From Candidatus Latescibacterota bacterium (lineage in GTDB: Bacteria > Latescibacterota > UBA2968 > UBA8231), in NCBI GenBank assembly GCA_965197905.1, contig CBDAOB010000003.1, forward strand, positions 192,001-256,000: 64,000 nucleotides of DNA. Reading direction: 5' to 3'. Position numbers and translations under genes: made by a program. Below the pieces are notes generated by a model, which was not told where the DNA came from, did no database searches, and saw only the letters and a list, made by a program, of their open reading frames with translations. Below are positions 37,987 to 48,606 of this stretch, one piece after another. The first letter of the stretch is position 1. Every line of letters starts with the position of its first letter.

Positions 37987-40944
37987 ATGTTTCGACTTTC
38001 GCAAATCCTCTGCCTCTCCTTGGCGATCACACTGGCCGGCGCCGACGTGCCCGAGCGGACACGCCCGCTGGATGAGGTGACTTCGGCGCGCCCCTTTTTG
38101 CGTTGGACGCGGCCGGGTTACCAGAACTACGCCCACCAGAACTTCTCCAACTACCCCAACCACAGCGTTCCCTACGTGGACACGCCGAAAGCCCGTTACG
38201 ACTTCCTGGGCTCGTACCTGATGACCGGGTACGATCTCTACCAGTGGACGGAGACGCGCATCCCGGGTCAGGAGTTTGGCAGTGCCATTTTCAAGGAATT
38301 CGGCCTTGACGAGGACGGAGGGACCTGGCCCAACGCGTTCGATTACATGGTGGCGGGCCGCGATGGCTACGGACGCTGGGGATATACGGTCATCGTCGGC
38401 GACGCCCTGATCGCGCGCTTCACCCCGTTGACGCTGTCGAAGGTGAATTACAACGGCCTGCGCCTCGATGTTTCCACGCCCCATATAAAACTCACGGGGT
38501 TGGCGTCGCGGCAGGAGCGGCCCAAGGATAGAGCCCGGAGCGTCGATAAGGCTTTTCAGGCAAAAACCCATTTTGCCGACGATTCCACCTTGCTTCTGGG
38601 CAGTCGGGCGCAGCTGGATCTGGGCCGTCTCCAGGTAGGACTCAATTGGGTGAACCAGCACGTCTACCAGAGCACCCAGACCGGCAACAGCCTAAAGGGA
38701 CGGTTGAAGCCGGACCAGCCCGTGATGGACTTTCTTCTCGTCCGTTTTGCGGACGACTCGCCGGGTGACGGTGCGGGCGGCGCCGTGGTCCAGGACCTGA
38801 ACCTGGTGATCAACGGCGAAGTGCGGCGCGACCTGGCGCCACGGGTCATCAGCCATCTGGCCGACCCTCCGGTGCAGGTGGGTCGTGTGTCGACGGCCAC
38901 GGGAGAATTTTCCCCGGTGTCGTACAACCGGTTTACGGGCTCTGACTCGAGCACCCGCTTTTTCAACGAGACCTTCTATCGCGAGCGCAATTATCCACTC
39001 TTCTCCGACTACCTGACGCGATTCGACCACGCCGCCGGCATCGACGTCAGCAAGGATGCCAACATCTCCGGTCTGGAATCAATCTTCGAGGTGCACTCGC
39101 CGGAGGACGAGCTCCGGGCTGAGGGCGAAAAGCAGCTGATCTTCGTATTCGATCTGTCGCAGGAACCGGCGGTGGAGTCGGTGGAAATCGAAGCGCTGCT
39201 GGGTAACGACTATCGAGTGGAAGTGGCCAGCCTCTACGAGGTGAACCCGCGCGGCAAAACCTATCATGCCCGGTATTCCGCCACCTACTACGAAACGGTG
39301 GCTCGCGCCCGCGGCAATGTGCAGGATTTGAGCAACCTGAAGTGGGTGCGTTTCCGCGTGGGCGAGAACACCGGACAGTTCGTGTACAGTGCCGACATGC
39401 AGCTGGTGCTGCCGAGCCTGGAGATCCACGGCGAGTATGCGCGCTCGAGCGTCTATTCCCGCTACCCGGGCCGGGTGGATGGGCAACCCGCCTTCGATGA
39501 CGCGCCGCGTTTCAGCACTCGAGGTGCGGCCTACTTCCTCAACGCCGTGCATCGGTTTGGTCGCGGGCTGTTGGGGGGCGAGCTGTTCTCCATAAATCCG
39601 CGGTTTCAAACCGAAATGCGCTCCTACCTGCACTGGGAGCCCGTTCACCGGTTCGGCATGTTCACGGCTGTGGTCAACAATACCATGTACTGGCAACTGG
39701 TAGAAGACAACGACGATGGCGATCGCGATCCCGACCGCCAGTTCGGCAATCCGATGGCCGTCAGTCCGGACCAGGTCGGGTCCGACCTGGACGGCGTCTG
39801 GCTGAATCAGGACGAGGACAATGACGGGGCCCCCGACGTCAATCGCAATCTCAATCGAGTACCCGACTATGACGAGCCGTTTCTGATGTTCGATGTGGAG
39901 CCCAACAGCTACGTGTATGGGCTCGATCGCAACAACAACGACGAGCCCGATCCGCGCGAAGACGACGGTGAAGTCGACTATCCGTACGACTATGACCAGC
40001 GCGGTTGGCATCTGTTCGGCCAATGGAAGCTGACGCCTCACTGGTCGCTGGGCTTGGGCCGCTACGAGGCGGCGGAGGTAGCCGGGAGCGGGCGCAACCA
40101 CGCCACCTACGGACTACTGAGCTACCGCCGAGAGGATCTTGGGCGGCTGCGGCGCCTTTTCTTCGAGAGCGGCTTGCGGCGGGTGCAGGATGACATCCCC
40201 GACGAGATCATGACCTTCAATCCAGATGTCGGGCACCGAACGGGCGGCTACCGTCAACGCGGGATCTTCTTCGCTGCCATGACCGAACCTGGTTTTGGCC
40301 TGCCGGTCTTCGCTTTCGTCGATTTCGTTCCCGATATATTGTCCTACCGGGACAGCTTCGTCAGCGACACCAGTCTGGAGGGCCATCTCAGGCCGTGGTC
40401 GAAGCTGGATGTGGTGCAAAAGCTTCGCCTGCGTTTCAACTGGCAGCGCGGCGGCGAGCTTTACAACGGCCATTTCCAGCGCGACCGCCGGCTGGATTTC
40501 TGGACCTGGGTGAGCAGAGTGCAGTATCCCATCTATTGGGGCGCCTTGAGCCTGACCCCTCAGTACAAGCTCATGATACTGCGCCTGGTCGATAGGGAGC
40601 GCGACGTGCGGTTGCAGTCAGAATATCGCTCGGTACCGATTCTGCGGTTGGAGTATCCGCTCTTGCGCCGGACGTCGTTGGCGGTGGGTGTTCAGGGTAT
40701 GGGGCCGGTTCCGTACAGGCGCGAAAACGACGCAGATCGAAGACTCAGCTTCGAGCAGCGCACTTCCTTCGTTTCCCTCAGAAATCGCTCGAAGTATTTC
40801 GGCTACGAGTTGGTGACGATCGTCGCATTCAACAAAGACAAAGTGCGTTTCGATCAGCTCTCGCAGAAAGATCGAAACCTAGACGTATGGAGCTTCTTTG
40901 TGCGCACGGTGATCGGCTTCACCGAGTTCGGACGCCCCCTTTGA
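37987..40944 (+). CDS. large secreted/outer-membrane protein of unknown family with acidic Ca-binding-like motifs
   Basis: Signal-peptide-like start MFRLSQILCLSLAITLAG; DNDDGDRDPD, DEDNDGAPD and DRNNNDEPD; beta-strand-rich C-terminus. Confidence 0.75.
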   Translation: MFRLSQILCLSLAITLAGADVPERTRPLDEVTSARPFLRWTRPGYQNYAHQNFSNYPNHSVPYVDTPKARYDFLGSYLMTGYDLYQWTETRIPGQEFGSAIFKEFGLDEDGGTWPNAFDYMVAGRDGYGRWGYTVIVGDALIARFTPLTLSKVNYNGLRLDVSTPHIKLTGLASRQERPKDRARSVDKAFQAKTHFADDSTLLLGSRAQLDLGRLQVGLNWVNQHVYQSTQTGNSLKGRLKPDQPVMDFLLVRFADDSPGDGAGGAVVQDLNLVINGEVRRDLAPRVISHLADPPVQVGRVSTATGEFSPVSYNRFTGSDSSTRFFNETFYRERNYPLFSDYLTRFDHAAGIDVSKDANISGLESIFEVHSPEDELRAEGEKQLIFVFDLSQEPAVESVEIEALLGNDYRVEVASLYEVNPRGKTYHARYSATYYETVARARGNVQDLSNLKWVRFRVGENTGQFVYSADMQLVLPSLEIHGEYARSSVYSRYPGRVDGQPAFDDAPRFSTRGAAYFLNAVHRFGRGLLGGELFSINPRFQTEMRSYLHWEPVHRFGMFTAVVNNTMYWQLVEDNDDGDRDPDRQFGNPMAVSPDQVGSDLDGVWLNQDEDNDGAPDVNRNLNRVPDYDEPFLMFDVEPNSYVYGLDRNNNDEPDPREDDGEVDYPYDYDQRGWHLFGQWKLTPHWSLGLGRYEAAEVAGSGRNHATYGLLSYRREDLGRLRRLFFESGLRRVQDDIPDEIMTFNPDVGHRTGGYRQRGIFFAAMTEPGFGLPVFAFVDFVPDILSYRDSFVSDTSLEGHLRPWSKLDVVQKLRLRFNWQRGGELYNGHFQRDRRLDFWTWVSRVQYPIYWGALSLTPQYKLMILRLVDRERDVRLQSEYRSVPILRLEYPLLRRTSLAVGVQGMGPVPYRRENDADRRLSFEQRTSFVSLRNRSKYFGYELVTIVAFNKDKVRFDQLSQKDRNLDVWSFFVRTVIGFTEFGRPL

Positions 40945-40966
40945 GTCGCCGTTGACTTATACACGC

Positions 40967-42096
40967 ATGACTTCCGCACTACCGTTGCTGGAAATTTCAG
41001 GAGGGCCGAGAGAGAGGGGAAGGGCGCACGGCGAGGCGTTTCGGGAGGAGATCGGGGCGTTGCTGCCAGCCTATTTCGACTATCTCGACCGGATGAGTCC
41101 CCGCGACGGGGTGGATCGACTCACGCGTGCCCGGGCACTGGAGATTACGCGAACCTATTTCGGGCCGGCCGAGGCATACGCATCGGACCTGCTGAACGAG
41201 GTGCGTGGGATCGCCGAGGGCGCGAATGCGCCGTTCGAGGAGGTGCTGGCGCTGAATGCGTTCCTGGATCTCTGCGATTACCTTTCGCCCGCCTTCGCGG
41301 AGGTCGGATGCACAACCTTCATGGTTCCCGGCAATGCTGACGGGAGCGGAGCGATAATTGGGCAGAGCTATGATCTGCCGGCATTTTTCGCGCCGGCGGG
41401 GGCGCTGTTAAAGGTGACCGGAGAGGAAGGGCCGGAGGCACTGGTCTTCACAATTGTCGGGACGCTCGGTTGCGCGGGGCTCAACAGCGCCGGGGTGGGG
41501 GTGGTTATCAACAACCTGGTTCCCGCCGATGCTGGAGCTGGGGTGCCTTATCCGTTCGTGATCCGGAAGATTCTGTCGTCAGAGCGGATCGGGGATGCGA
41601 TCGACGCGTTAGTGGCGAAGCGCCGCGCGTCGGGGATGAACTACGTGCTCTGTGACCGGCACGGGGATCTCTTCAATCTGGAGACATCGGCGGCAGAATA
41701 CGAGGTGCTCTGCCCCTTCGACGGGCCCATGGCACACGCAAACCACTACCTGACCGAACGGTTGAAGCCCTTGGAACGCAGAGATTGGAGCCAGCGTGGG
41801 AATAGCATTTTACGCTGGGGGCGGGCGACCCGCCTGCTGCGCGCCGCTGAACGGCCCGATGCAGAGACGCTAAAGAGGGCGCTTGGAGACCACGTTGATG
41901 GCCCGCTTTCGATCTGCAGGCACGATGAGGTGCATCACGGAGAAGGGTGCGGACAGACGATCTGTGGGATTGTGTTGGAGCCGTCAGAGGACGGACGTGG
42001 ATCGCCCGCGGGCCGTGTTGTGAACACGAATGGACTGAATACTGGCTTTCCAAGATAAAGAGGGACAGAAAAGAGACGCCGCCGCACGCTCACTGA
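40967..42096 (+). CDS. C45 family Ntn-hydrolase/acyltransferase (frameshift near the C-terminus)
   Basis: G|CT cleavage site, GLNSAG, HANHY. The tail GRTWIARGPCCEHEW.. lies in the next frame after ~41990. Confidence 0.85.
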
Positions 42097-42446
42097 ATTG
42101 ATCGAGCAGTCTGGACCTGCGATTCAGGAGGAACCCTACCGTTTTCGATTCACGCTGCGCGACGCAGGGTTGTATTCCTACTAGTTCGAATGAGGGACGG
42201 AGTATTGAGCGCTGATAAAATTCCCGCCGTGCTCGGTTCTTAGCGCTCAGTTCTTAGCAGGACGAGCGGTTGTCCCTCACCCACACCCTATTCTCCCGCT
42301 CAAACACTTCGAAAACACCTTCTACGCCAGCAAACGAAGGCGGATTCCTGTGGGTTGTGCGCTACGCCGATCGTGGTACGATGTTTGCGCCCCTTCCTGG
42401 TCAGGTTAGTCCGTGTAAAATTGGAGCATAGCTGGAGGATAGGGAG

Positions 42447-44855
42447 ATGAAAAAAGGCGGAACCTTCGTGGCAATCCTGGTCATCCTTCTTGCCGCCAAA
42501 ATGAGCCCAGCAGGTGCCGTGTCACCGGAGCCAGAGGAGGGATCTGGCTCCGGAGCTATCAAGGGCGCGCTCGAGGATCAGAGCTCAAGGATGCCCTTGG
42601 ACTGGGCCAGCGTCACGCTTGAAGACACGCGGCGAGGCACCATCTCCAATCAGGATGGCGAGTTCACCATTTCTAGAGTTCCGCCCGGCGAATACACGCT
42701 GATCGTCGTGCGCATGGGGTATACGACGCACAGAGTTGAGGGCATTGTCGTCCGCGCTGACGAGACGGTTGTTCTTCCGAGCGTGGCGATGGAAAAACAA
42801 GCCATTCCCCTCAAAGAGATCGTCGTCTCACCGGGAAGCTATACCCTCATGGGCAGTGAGACCTCCGTGCGCCAGACTCTGTCGAGCGAGGATATCGTGA
42901 TCATGGGTTGGGCCGAGGACATCACCCGAGCGGTGCAGCGCAGTCCAGGCATTGTTTCCGACGAATACGGGGCGCAGTTCAGCATCCGCGGTGGCGATGT
43001 CGATGAGGTGCTGGTGCTCCTGGACGGCATGCAGATCTACAAACCGTTCCATCAAAAGGACTTCGGCGGGGGGATCTTCAGCACCGTGGATATCGAGGCG
43101 ATCGAGGGGGTCGATCTGCTGACCGGGGGGTTTACGGCGGACTATGGGGATCGCATGAGCGGCGTCTTGAGCATGCAGAGCAAGACCCCCCGGGATGGAC
43201 AGGTTCAAACCTCGGTGGGTGTGAGTCTGATGAACGCTCGGGTCTTCTCCATGGGAGACCTTTGGGACGGCCGCGGTTCCTACCTGGTCTCGGCGCGGCG
43301 GGGATATCTCGATCTCCTCAACAGTCTGATGAACAATGAGTTCAAGCTGGACCCATCTTATTACGACCTATTGGGGAAGGTGGAGTACGAGCTGACCGAT
43401 ACCCATACACTATCGCTTCACACCTTCGTGGCCAACGACACCTATGGCTTGAGCGAAAAAGTCCTGGAAACGAACCAGTCCGTGAATGTGGATTCGGTCG
43501 ACAGCGAATACGGGAACACCTACGGCTGGCTGACGCTCAAATCGATCTTCTCGCCCGACCTGTACGCACGCACGATCGTGTATGGAGGCTCGGTAACCAA
43601 GAGAAGAGACTGGGAGAACTTCGACCTAGATCCCGATGCAACTCTGGCGAGCGCGACGATCCATGACCGGGTGGACCTGGGACTGATCGGGTTGAAGCAG
43701 GATTGGGATTATCAAGCCGGGCCCAAAACCCTTTTGAAGGTGGGCCTGGATATCAAGAAGGTGGAGGCAACGATCGACTACTCCAAGTCCATCCACAACG
43801 AGTTCATCACCGCTGATGACCGCCTCACCGAACAGATCGAATCATTCAGCGCGAAACGCAATCCCAGTGGCGAGCAGCTGGGGGCTTACCTGGCAGGCCG
43901 TTACAAGCTGACCGCGCCGCTGACGGTGGAGACCGGCCTTCGCTACGACCGCGCTTCCAACACTAAAGACAACCTGTGGAGCCCGCGATTGAGCGCCGTC
44001 TACTCTCTGACGAGTGCGACATTCCTGCGCGCGGGATGGGGGTACTACTATCAAACACAAGGCATCGACCAGCTGCGGGTCCAGTTTGGTGAGCTCGACT
44101 ACGACCCGGCCGAGCGGGCAGAACATTTCGTTCTGGGCTTCGAGCATCTCTTCAGGAATGGTCTCTCTCTGCGCTCGGGAGCGTACCACAAGCGAATGAC
44201 AAAACTCCAGGATAAGTATTACTCATTCCACGATATCGATGAATTCTTCCCCGAAGCGAGGAGCGACCTGGTGCGGCTGTCATTGAACGACGGCACTTCG
44301 CGGGGCATCGAGACCTACTTGAAATACGATACGGGGAATAAGCTCTCTTGGTGGCTGAGTTACGTGCTGTCCGAGGCGACCGACGATGTCGCCGAAATTC
44401 ACTTCGATGGGAGCTTGATCAAGAAGACCGGAGAGCTGCCGCGCGCCTGGGACCAGCGGCACACCTTGAACATCGATGCCAATTACCGGCTCAGTGACGC
44501 CTGGCACTTCAATGCCACCTGGAAACAACGAACCGGCTGGCCCAACACGGACTTCGAGGTCAGGCGTCTACAGCGAGAAGACGGCACCTTCGCCTACTAC
44601 CAGAAGCGCGGCGTGTTCCGCGGCACGCGGGTGCCCTCCTACCAGCGCCTCGACGCGCGGATCAACCGTCATTTCTATACCTCGCGGGGGAAGACCTCTA
44701 TCTTTCTGCACGTGATAAATCTGCTCAACCACGAGAACGTGATCCGTTACGACCACGACCTGGCGGAGGAGAGCGCCGAAAGCTTCCGCGCCGACATCGA
44801 GTCCGAGGCCTGGTTTGGTCTCATACCGTTCATAGGCATGAGCTGGGAGTTCTAG
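42447..44855 (+). CDS. TonB-dependent receptor with N-terminal carboxypeptidase-regulatory-like domain
   Basis: Signal peptide, SIRGG..LLDG, GGFTADYGDRMSG plug motifs, GLRYD, SPRLS, C-terminal WEF. Confidence 0.92.
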   Translation: MKKGGTFVAILVILLAAKMSPAGAVSPEPEEGSGSGAIKGALEDQSSRMPLDWASVTLEDTRRGTISNQDGEFTISRVPPGEYTLIVVRMGYTTHRVEGIVVRADETVVLPSVAMEKQAIPLKEIVVSPGSYTLMGSETSVRQTLSSEDIVIMGWAEDITRAVQRSPGIVSDEYGAQFSIRGGDVDEVLVLLDGMQIYKPFHQKDFGGGIFSTVDIEAIEGVDLLTGGFTADYGDRMSGVLSMQSKTPRDGQVQTSVGVSLMNARVFSMGDLWDGRGSYLVSARRGYLDLLNSLMNNEFKLDPSYYDLLGKVEYELTDTHTLSLHTFVANDTYGLSEKVLETNQSVNVDSVDSEYGNTYGWLTLKSIFSPDLYARTIVYGGSVTKRRDWENFDLDPDATLASATIHDRVDLGLIGLKQDWDYQAGPKTLLKVGLDIKKVEATIDYSKSIHNEFITADDRLTEQIESFSAKRNPSGEQLGAYLAGRYKLTAPLTVETGLRYDRASNTKDNLWSPRLSAVYSLTSATFLRAGWGYYYQTQGIDQLRVQFGELDYDPAERAEHFVLGFEHLFRNGLSLRSGAYHKRMTKLQDKYYSFHDIDEFFPEARSDLVRLSLNDGTSRGIETYLKYDTGNKLSWWLSYVLSEATDDVAEIHFDGSLIKKTGELPRAWDQRHTLNIDANYRLSDAWHFNATWKQRTGWPNTDFEVRRLQREDGTFAYYQKRGVFRGTRVPSYQRLDARINRHFYTSRGKTSIFLHVINLLNHENVIRYDHDLAEESAESFRADIESEAWFGLIPFIGMSWEF

Positions 44856-44982
44856 TGGTCACCTCGCAGTCGATTGAAAAGCCCGCCGGGCGCTGAGCCG
44901 GAGAGGCGCAGGGCATCCGTTGGCGAGTTGCGGCTCTCGCTGTGCGCAACCATCTTCGTTCCAATCGAGAGGGAGCTCAACC

Positions 44983-45906
44983 ATGCTTTTACTGACGGAT
45001 CGTGCCGTGTTTGTCGCTGGCGACGCGAGCGAGACGGTAGAACCCGAATTGCTCCTGGAGGGCGAGGAGATGCACTGCGCGTGCATGGCAGGATCGTCGG
45101 CCGCGGTAGCCGGTCGAGACGGCTCAATCGTCCTGATCGACAACGGCCGTGTCGAGCGCCAGGAAACAGGGCTGGATGACCGTATAGAATGCCTGGATAT
45201 CCTCGGTGATCATCCGTTCGAACTGCTGCTCGGCACCGAGTCCGCTCATGTGTTCCGCTTCACCCCGGGCGCAACCGCGGAGCGTCTCGAGGCCTTCGAT
45301 CATCTCGAATGTCGGAGTGAGTGGTATACGCCCTGGGGTGGACCGCCCGCCGTGCGCAGTCTCGTCCACGCCGGCGACTGCGTCTACGCCGATATCCATG
45401 TCGGCAGCATCATGCGTTCCATGGACCGTGGGAATTCATGGGAACCCGTCACCGCTGATCTGCACGAAGACGTTCACCAGGTGGTAACCTGTGCAGCTGC
45501 GACTGCAAGGGTGTATGCTAACACGGCCGACGCTGTTTTCATCAGCAACGACCGTGGACAGACCTGGGATCATTGTGCCAGTGGATTGGCAGCTCGATAC
45601 GGCCGCGCGATCGCCGTTCATCCCTCCGACCCCGACTGCCTGCTCGCTTCGGTCAGCGAAGGGCCCCGCGCCAATGTGAACGGACAGCTCTATCGCTCCG
45701 ACGACGCCGGCCGTACCTGGGCACACGTAACCGATGGTTTTCCCTCTGCGACAAGTGAAAATATAGATACCTTTCACCTGGGTTTCTCCGTTGACGGGGG
45801 AGCCTGGGCAGCGGTCGAACGGCAACTCTACGTCAGTGTAGATCGAGGCAGAGAGTGGACGGTTGCGTGGGAGGCGTCGAGTCCAATCCTGGCCATCGCT
45901 TGTTGA
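44983..45906 (+). CDS. BNR/Asp-box beta-propeller protein
   Basis: RSMDRGNSW, SNDRGQTW, RSDDAGRTW, SVDRGREW. Confidence 0.8.
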   Translation: MLLLTDRAVFVAGDASETVEPELLLEGEEMHCACMAGSSAAVAGRDGSIVLIDNGRVERQETGLDDRIECLDILGDHPFELLLGTESAHVFRFTPGATAERLEAFDHLECRSEWYTPWGGPPAVRSLVHAGDCVYADIHVGSIMRSMDRGNSWEPVTADLHEDVHQVVTCAAATARVYANTADAVFISNDRGQTWDHCASGLAARYGRAIAVHPSDPDCLLASVSEGPRANVNGQLYRSDDAGRTWAHVTDGFPSATSENIDTFHLGFSVDGGAWAAVERQLYVSVDRGREWTVAWEASSPILAIAC

Positions 45907-46171
45907 GAGAAAGTGAGGACTACGTCCCGATCTAGACGGGCGGCTGGAGAAAGTTGTAGCCTGATCGAGCCTGGCCGTTTGAGAACTAGCTCCTTTTTCC
46001 CCTCCTGGAAGTATTTTCCTCTTCGCAAGCTCTTGGATTCGTTCGGTCCGTGACCTCAACTCCATAATTTTCAAGTACTTAAATAATATGTCTGAGCGCC
46101 AAAACTAAGCGGGCTCTCATTTGCTTTAATCCTCGCCAGGATGATGACTCACCAAGCGGGGATGCAAGCAA

Positions 46172-48390
46172 TTGTTTGAGCTTCGTGACAATGCCGTAAC
46201 CTACGGTATCTATACGATACTTATGGCCTGTCTGGCAGCCGCCGCCTTTGGCGGTCTTGCCGATCTGCCTTTCGATACGGACGACTTCGATTACATCCAG
46301 GATGCGCGATCGCTCCTGGACGAGCCGTCTCGCCTGTTTGCGCCTGACAACCGGCTGCCCGGGCGCCCCACTACTGCCACACTTTTTGCGCTGACCTACG
46401 CCCTGTGGGGGAACGATCCGACCAGTTACCACCTGCTCCTCGTAGGACTGCATCTCCTCGCTAGCTTGTCGTTGGCGTACACCCTCCGGCGGCTTGGTGT
46501 GGGGCTCGAGCTTTCCTTTCTGGCGGGCCTCCTATTCCTACTCAACGTTGCTCATTTTCGGGCGGTGCAGTGGATCTCCTGTGTGGCCTATCCGCTCGCG
46601 CTTATTCTGGGTCTTGTTTCAATCTTGTTTCTCCAGCGCTTTCTGGAATCTAGAAAGAGATCTTTCCTGGCGCTGGCCGCTGCTGCGTTAGCGCTAGCCG
46701 TAGGCAGCCATCCCGCCTCGGCGTCCTTCGCTCTCTTCTGCACCTACCGAGTCTGGCGGCAGGGCCATGACGTTAGAACTTTCGTTATCTCGACTGGCCC
46801 TCTCCTGTTCGTCGCAATCGCTGGTGTTGTTTTCTTGCATGCCACTTTCCCGGATGCGCCGCAGTCAGCCGAGCTCATCACAGCACCAACTTTAGAACTG
46901 ATCCTCCAGAATCTGCTGGTTCTATCGGGCCGACTGGTGACCGCTGGCCATTGGTTGCCCTTGTTACCCAGCGCACCTCTCCACTGGGAATGGGTCTTGG
47001 GAGCTGCGGTTGTGACAGGGCTCGTCGTTCTGGTCCTGCGGCGCGCACAAGCATTTGACGAGTGGGCTGTATGGACGATGGTCGCGATTCTTCCCTTTAT
47101 CAGTCGCGACATGGAGGGGCTGTCTCGACATCTCTACTTTGCGTCGGCCGGATTCTCCGTCCTGCTGGCGTTATGATAGCTGGGGTGGCGCGTAACTGCG
47201 GGCACCTGCGATGCCTTCCGGGGCGTCGATTTATTCTGGTTTCGATCTCGATTGCTGTAGCTGCCTACGCTACTCTCGCCTTACAACGATCCGAGGCAAT
47301 CGCGTATTATTACTCGGGAAGAGCCTATGCGGTAAGAGGTGAGCAGAAGGAGGCACTCAGCCATTTCAAGAAGGCAGTGGCAGTCGATGCAATGCTGGTC
47401 CCCGAGGACGGCTACAAACGCATGGCTGTCTGTGGTTTCTTATTTGGTGAATCGACAGCGCTTTTGCTCGAAGAAGGCCTGCTACATTATCCGCAATCGC
47501 CGACGATAGAGATTTTTCTCGGAATCAACGAATTCTTGAATGAAGATCCACGGGCTTGGAACCGAGGAGAGCGTTGGGTCTATGGTGCATTGGAGAATGC
47601 TCCGGACCGAGGCCGATTGCAGCAGCATGCAGCCATCGCCATCAATCACCTGGGCCTACACTTTCGGGGTGCCGGAGAGTTCGAGCGCGCGGCCAGTTTG
47701 CATGTGCGCGCTCTCAAGCTGCGCCCGTCGTATTCCAAAGCCCTTCTCGCGCTGAACCAGGCTCTTGACGCCCAGGGAAAGAGCACGGAAGCGATTCGAG
47801 TATGCCGGGAAGCCGTACGGCTATACCCCCGCGACCCTACCGCACTTCACGAATTCGGACGACTGCTGGCCCGATCTGGCCACCGATCGGAAGCTCTGGC
47901 GACGCTGGAGAGAGCACTGGACCTGGATGCCTCCCGACCCTGGTCCTGGTTCGTAGCATGCCAGCTTCAGCGGCTTACCGGCGATCCGGTTGCGGCACGC
48001 ACAAAGATTCTTGAGGCACTCAGACTAGATCCGTCGCAAAAGAAATTTTGGATTGAGTATTTCAATGTGGGCATCGACTATCACACTAGAGGCGTTCTGG
48101 AAGAGGCTCTCGCCATATACGGTGAAGTTATTCAAGAGATGCCACAAAATGCGATGGTTCACCACAACCTGGGCGTCCTATACTACAGCCAGGGACGATG
48201 GGGGGACGCCGTTGCCTCGTTTAGTCGAACTGTCGAACTGGAACCGGAAAACTCGGGAGCCCATCTGTTGCTAGGTCAGGCTTATCAGCGCGGCGGCCGC
48301 ACGACCGAAGCGATTCGCTCCTACGAACGCACTCTCGCCCTCAATCCAGACAGCCTCAGTGCCAAAGAGAACCTGCTGGCATTGCTGTAA
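46172..48390 (+). pseudogene. GT-C-like multi-TM protein with C-terminal TPRs, frameshifted
   Basis: TM part with DTDD, RP and RHLY ends at 47176; the TPR part continues in the overlapping frame (ATG ~47173). Confidence 0.7.
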
Positions 48391-48606
48391 CGTTTAACCC
48401 TTTCGCGCTTTTCCGCACCTCCGTCTCATGGCGAGATCCTCGCTTGCTCCAACGAGGCTATAGCCGATCTTCAAGAGCATGAGTCGCCTGGTTGGGTTGC
48501 TGATTTCGGTTATGACCACTACACCACCATCGGCTTCAAGCGCGATCACCAGGAATACGACGATCTGTTCCAGCGCATCAGAGACCGCGGTGAGTGGTCG
48601 GGGTTC

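Noticed and set aside
48391..48606. Open frame continuing upstream of the TMTC-like gene
   Set aside because: No start codon, RBS or recognisable motif; at best a gene fragment.
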